A program made the translations under genes and the position numbers. 64,000 bases of DNA from Eledone cirrhosa (taxonomy: Eukaryota). Location: contig OZ024747.1 of the NCBI GenBank assembly GCA_964016885.1, forward strand, positions 36,022,001 through 36,086,000. The letters are read 5' to 3'. Every line of letters begins with the position of its first letter. Within the stretch, counting starts at the first letter, position 1. This document shows positions 58,058-64,000 of this stretch, piece after piece. The notes under the pieces are model-generated. The model worked only from the letters and a program-made list of their open reading frames with translations, ran no database searches and was not told the origin of the DNA.

Positions 58058-59320
58058 CGTGTTTGTGTGTGTGTTTGTGTGTGTGCTTGTGTGTGTGCTT
58101 GTGTGAGTGTTTTTCTGTGTGAGTGTGCTTCTGCGTGTTTGTGTGTGTGAATATGTAAACCACCGTTGGAATCGCAGACATAGGCCGCGAAACACGATCA
58201 TCACTGACAACGAACTCGCAGAGAGAATCCCTTATGGTTGATTCTCAACCTGCTAGAAATAGCAGTCAGGTTGGTTAGCATACGTGGTATGTCTTTCCTC
58301 TTCTTTGGTGTTATAAAATTAGTATCAATAAACTTTCCTGGATATGCTCTTATCCCAATCTTGTACATACTTTCCGATTGTCACTTTTCGTTTTTTTCGT
58401 GTGATACGCGAAGGAACCAACCAACAAACATCTCTCATTTATATCTATTTTATTTGTTCATTCAAAATATTTTTCAGCTAATTCTCTCGTACGATATACA
58501 TCAGCACTCGTTATCTAATGTTTTAAACATGTGAATAGCTGCGATATATGCACCATATCAATCAAAAACGATATGCCAATTGAATACCATACTAAAGCTC
58601 CAGTAAGCATGCTAAGAACCTGCAGGTAGAAATGTTAATAAATACAACATTTGTCTTGGGTAAACCTTAAGATATTCTTTCATTGTAGGTTTCTTTTCTC
58701 AGCCAGTACGTTAAAGAAAATTGATAGTTACAACAATAAAGGTTGAACAGAGAACACATTTTTTAACAAACTTTACAATAATTTGTACAACCATAATGGA
58801 AATTCCAAGTAACAGAAAATACATTAATTACATTGTTAGGGCCTCAGAGTATACAATATTTTGTGTTCTGCTCTCGGGAGCAAAGATGGAGAGATTGTTT
58901 GGCGAGCTCACTCTAGAGGATCTTACATACAATTGACCATGGTTTACCCAGATGAAGGCCAGCCACTTTTAGGGTTTGACCCTGAGCTTTGTTGATGGTA
59001 ATCACGAAGCTTAGTCTCTCTGTTGCTCTAGTAACATTTTTCTTCTGGAAAATCTGATTTTGCGGCCAGGCTAGGACATTTTGGGTGACATATCGTCAGT
59101 AACAATGACGATAAGCCGTCTGTACGTTCGTGAAATAAATACGTTTGTTATAACATTTTTTTCGTCTGGAAAATCTGATCTTGCGGCCAGGCTAGGACGT
59201 TTTTGTTGGCATATCGGCAGTAACTAAGACGATAAGCCGTCTGTGCTTTCGTGAAATAAATACGTTTGTTGATATTTTGTTTTTGTGTATGCAAAAATAT
59301 CTGTACACGAATATATAATT

Positions 59321-59363
<43 letters not shown>

Positions 59364-59731
59364 TAACAGATTAAAGTTTAAGCAAAGAATCGCTTCTTTC
59401 ACCCTTAACGGGATCTTCTGAAACTAACAAAAATCAATCTGTGAACACGGAAGTAAATATTTCTATAAACGTTGCAACCGAAAAAAAACACGAAGATGAT
59501 ACTTTGGTTCGTGAAGACGTTAGGAATGTCGTATAACCGGAAGTGTTGACATTTGTAAATTTTAAAGAAGTGAATATTTAAATAATGTCTTTAATCTTTT
59601 AACAAAATTCAGTAGACAAAAATATCCTCACTTTCTTAGTTAGAAAAGGTTACATATATAGTGCAAATTTGGTCCAACCGTTTGGCGGAAAGTTTGTTAC
59701 TTACATACGGCCATCAGCTTTATAGTATAGA
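57892..59731 (-). mobile_element. Non-autonomous Helitron remnant
   Basis: 5' TC at 59731 (TCTATACTATAAAG), 3' CTAG at 57892-57895; helicase C-terminus ITINKAQGQTLKVAGLHLG/HGQLYVRSSRV...QNIVYSEAL at ~58828-59012; ~117 bp tandem duplication at ~59030-59270. Confidence 0.75.
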
Positions 59732-60932
59732 TATACACACACAAAGAGAAGGATAAGTGTATAGATAGATAGGTAGTTTATACGCAAACATACACAAACG
59801 TATATCTGTGTATGTTTGTGATTGGTGTGGTTATTTGTGTGTACTTATATGTAGTTACTTTATTTCTCATGGTATTTATGTAAGCAACTGTACAGGTTAA
59901 ATTGTTTTATTTATGTAATCAAAACTATTTCATTGATAAAAAGGATATTCAGTAAAGAAAATGTAATATCGTCGCAAACCAAATGATTATTCATACGAGA
60001 TAATGAACAAAAATAATTGAATATATGCCCGTATAGTTATCTTGGAATTTAAAATATATAATGTTATATTTTGATTGTCCTCCATATATATCCAGAGAAA
60101 AATCATCTTTTGCGGAAATGAAATGCAATAAAATTTGAAAATAATTGGCGCAGAATCAATACATATAATGTTACTCTGAATCCTTTATTTTAAGAATCGT
60201 CATATTCTGATCAATGATAATACAATAACTATTTTTTTTACGTTTGAAAGCGCACTATATAGTGATTGCGATTCTTACGTGACTCACATCAGAAATTGGT
60301 CTCATAGATTCATTAGAAATGACCTCAATCCCTATGATGTGGTATGAAGGAATGCTTAGTTCATATATCATCGTAGTTGTTGCCAGTTGGGCTCAACCTG
60401 CATGACGGACGTTGAAGAATAAATATGTGACAGGCAGCAACCTATTCTTCAAATAACATCAGTTCCCAGATGATAAATCTGACTTTTGTTTCAAAAGAAG
60501 AAAAGTAATGTATCAATTAGCCATTCCTTGTTGCTCCAAATTCTTGAGGCAGTACGCATATACAGACGAAGTTCTGTAGTTATTCCAGCAACAGTTAGCT
60601 GACAGAAATGAGGAGTATATTTCTCATCGCTGGGTACATAAACAGCATTATCCTACCATCTATAAAAAGGAAAATGTTTATAGATTTCTTTCGTTCTGGG
60701 CGTTTATGTTATGAGGCAAAAGCCATTATAACATTGGTCGCAAATACATTTAGGATTTGAAAACTGCCTGTTGAGAAATACTATTCTCAAAAGATAAAAA
60801 GGAGAGGAATTGCTACAAGGAAAGATCATGCATATCTCATTTATATTGTGTATAGTAGTTTATTCGTTTCGTTTGTGCTTTCATTTTAAGGATTTTATGT
60901 TGTAATCACACTTATATCATACTCTCTCCCTC

Positions 60933-61035
<103 letters not shown>

Positions 61036-61763
61036 ATATGTGTGCGTGTACATGGATATTTCCATAACAATTTAGTTGAAATACAGCTCGCTCGAGTTAA
61101 TTTATATATATATATATATATTCTCATGAATATTTTCTTAACATTTAACTGAAATATACCTCGCTCGAATTAATTACGATGGACTCTGTGGAGTAAGAAT
61201 ATGTTAGGTTATCGATTATATTTATATATAGATGTATAGAAATATATATCTACATATATACAAACACGTATATCGTCAGACAGAAGGTCGTAAGCCATAA
61301 CGAAATACAACAACCATTACTATTACTACCACTGAATCCTGATATGTGTTACTTAATTTGTTAGTTTAATATATATGAATTCATATCGAAAGACACGGGA
61401 GTATAGAGAACAGAATTAGAAGCATTCTTCTAAAATTAATCAGTTTTGCCTCCATACGGCGTAAATAATATAACAGAAAATGTGAATATTGGTTAGAAGA
61501 CTCTTGATAATTAATACAATATCAGGTATATATATATATATAGATATGTATATATATATATATATAACATATATGTGCGTACCTCTCATTATATATATAT
61601 TTGATTAATACATGTCTGAGATTGGGACACGTGCATATGAACATGTTTGTAAATCGATGAGTGCTTACGCATATAAAACCACACGAGCACTCTTGTATGC
61701 CTAAACGCATACACACACACATCCGTATCTATATAGGAATTTAAGGAAGATATGTAATATACA

Positions 61764-61864
61764 ATACCAGTTTTGCTTAATGAAGGAATTAATGCGAATC
61801 AATTAGTTAGAGCACTCTGACTAATTGGTTTTTATTAATTCCTTCATTGAGCAAAACTAGTATT
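61764..61864. repeat. ~100 bp imperfect hairpin
   Basis: ccagttttgcttaatgaaggaattaat...attaattccttcattgagcaaaactag. Confidence 0.7.
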
Positions 61865-61932
61865 TGTTTGATTCCCTCATATATATGACACTTCTTCTAC
61901 ACACACACATATATGAATATATATATATATAT

Positions 61933-63403
61933 ATAAAAGTTTACATATATATATACATACATATACATATACGTGTTTTGCAACTGGTCACTTTGTGGCT
62001 CAATGAAAATTTAATAAATTAAACAATCAGAGCTATATATCATAAAACATGTCTATAGAATCACAAGATAAAATACATACTATTTCCTCTCCCAATTAGC
62101 ATAATTAACCATATAAAAAATCTAATAGACCAGGCTATAAGAATGAGGCTTCTATGAAGAAATCTCCGACAAATAACCGAAACTAGCGCTTCGCGTCGGC
62201 CGTAGCGGAATATTTATCGAATATTTCGACAGCGTAATCGCCCAGATATAGTCAACTAAACAGAATTAGGTGTAAAATAAACTAGGAGAAAATAGAATAC
62301 ATTTAAATACCTCTACCATGGTTTCGTCCGTATTTTGAGTTTTCCAATAATTATGTAATAATTATATAAACTCGAGCGCCGGATTTATCAGGTAGCTCGC
62401 TCTTATCTAGACACTAAATTTTCCAAAGTGATCGCGCCAGAAATTGATTTCAAAATGGCTAAAAATCGTGACGTAGTCGCGGTCAGGTTGGAAGGGTCCT
62501 GGTAGTTGCTTACGACTGGTGGCATTTTTGCTAGAAAGCACAGCACAATACAGCCAAACTTGTATCTCAACCTAATGGGAGATTATTACATATAAAAGTT
62601 TACATATATATATACATATACATATACGTGTTTTGCAACTGGTCAGTTTGTGGCTCAATGAATATTTATCGAATATTGCGACAGCGTAATCGTCCAGATA
62701 TAGTCAACTAAACCGAATTATTTGTAAAATAAAGACATGTTTTATGATATATAGCTCTAATTGTTTAATTTATTAATTTTTCATTCAGCCACAAAGTGAC
62801 CAGTTGCAAAACACGTATATGTATATGTATGTATATATATATGTAAACTTTTATATGTAATAATCTCCCATTAGGTTGAGATACAAATTTGGCTGTATTG
62901 TGCTGTGCTTTCTAGCAAAAATGCCACCAGTCGCGAGCAACTACCACACCCCTTCAAACCTGACTGCGACTACGTCACGATTTTTAGCCATTTTGAAATC
63001 AATTTCTGGCGCGATCACTTTGGAAAATTTAGTGTCTAGATAAGAGCGAGCTTCCTGATGAATCCGGCGCTCGAGTTTATATAATTATTACATAATTATT
63101 GGAAAACTCAAAATACGGACGAAACCATGGTAGAGGTATTTAAATGTATTCTATTTTCTCCTAATTTATTTTACACCTAATTCTGTTTAGTTGACTATAT
63201 CTGGACGATTACGCTGCCGAAATATTCGATAAATATTCCGCTACGGCCGACGCGAAGCGCTAGTTTCGGTTATTTGTCGGCGATTTCTTCATAGAAGCCT
63301 CATTCTTATAGCCTGGTCTATTCGATTTTTTATATGGATAATTATGCTAATTGGGAGAGGAAATAGTATATATTTTATCTTGTGATTCTATAGACATGTT
63401 TTA

Positions 63404-63410
<7 letters not shown>
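61933..63410. mobile_element. Retrozyme-like ~657 nt HHR unit arranged head-to-head, each arm longer than one unit
   Basis: ~61933-62008 repeats at ~62590-62662; plus arm starts (62733) and ends (~63410) with agacatgttttatgatat; HHR 63051-63136 cttc-CTGATGA-atccg...cggac-GAAA-ccatgg-TA-gagg; (TA)n on both sides; no long ORF. Confidence 0.8.
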
Positions 63411-63448
<38 letters not shown>

Positions 63449-63544
63449 GGGAATTTGTTGATTTATAATAAATTGAAGTGAAAATCAACAGATATATATA
63501 TATTGAAAATCAATATATATATATATATATATATATATTAGTAT

Positions 63545-64000
63545 GTATACACATCCACCAAGGAGAATGCCAACAAGATTTTCGAATCTTTCAACAATGC
63601 TGACAATAACAAGTTGACCAACGAACATCCTACCGACTCCGTGTCCCTCGGGCTATTTGATTTCAGACTGAACATCTCTGATAGCGGTGAAAGCCACTAT
63701 GATTTCTACTGCAAAGCAGGCAGCAGAGACCTTTTTGTTCATTCCAAATCTGTCCTCCCCAACCGCTCTAAAAGAGGTTACATCTTCAACGAAATGGCTC
63801 ACATATGCAACCGATGCAGTGACACTGCTAATAGAGCCACCCATATCAGATGATTCTACATGGATTAACTAATAGCCACCCAAATTCCTTCTCCCCCGCA
63901 CGACACAACCCCAAGCCCAGAGACCGGACCAACACAAACAACAGTTGCTTCTTCAAGATCCCACATCTCAGCGAGGAAACCACCAACGCCACACACAAAG
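63545..64000 (+). pseudogene. Decayed PLE RT/thumb fragment, same family as 16871-18470
   Basis: LFDFRLNI, LFVHSKSVLPNRSKRGYIFNE, FFKIPHLSE; runs off the window end. Confidence 0.8.

Noticed and set aside
60289-60659. Possible minus-strand host exon bounded by AG and GTGAGT
   Set aside because: The best frame has about seven stops in ~123 codons, close to random for AT-rich DNA, and I recognise no protein family.

Overview
AT-rich eukaryotic repeat DNA, probably from an octopod cephalopod (inferred from a tRNA-derived SINE with a Meta-like core). I cannot support any host protein-coding gene. The window holds at least seven Penelope-like retroelement (PLE; RT plus C-terminal GIY-YIG) copies or fragments, two decayed Helitrons, a decayed Chapaev3-like DNA transposon, RTE-LINE derivatives, SINEs, a hAT-like MITE, many (TA)n microsatellites and a 200-N gap. 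The main signal is a repeated architecture. About 20 inserts, from about 190 bp to 11.4 kb, are head-to-head inverted duplications of an element's 3' end, and most sit in or beside (TA)n tracts. One arm usually carries a 30-135 nt 3' tail and the other stops earlier at an internal TA microhomology. About 15 of these sequence families carry a minimal type I hammerhead ribozyme (HHR), read by eye. Several have canonical cores, several have recurrent variant cores (TTGAAAA, TTGAGAA, CAGAAGA), and several have 50-110 nt insertions in stem II. Two non-coding HHR units (about 317 nt and about 657 nt) also occur in tandem and resemble retrozymes. All coordinates, folds and identities were read by eye and are approximate.
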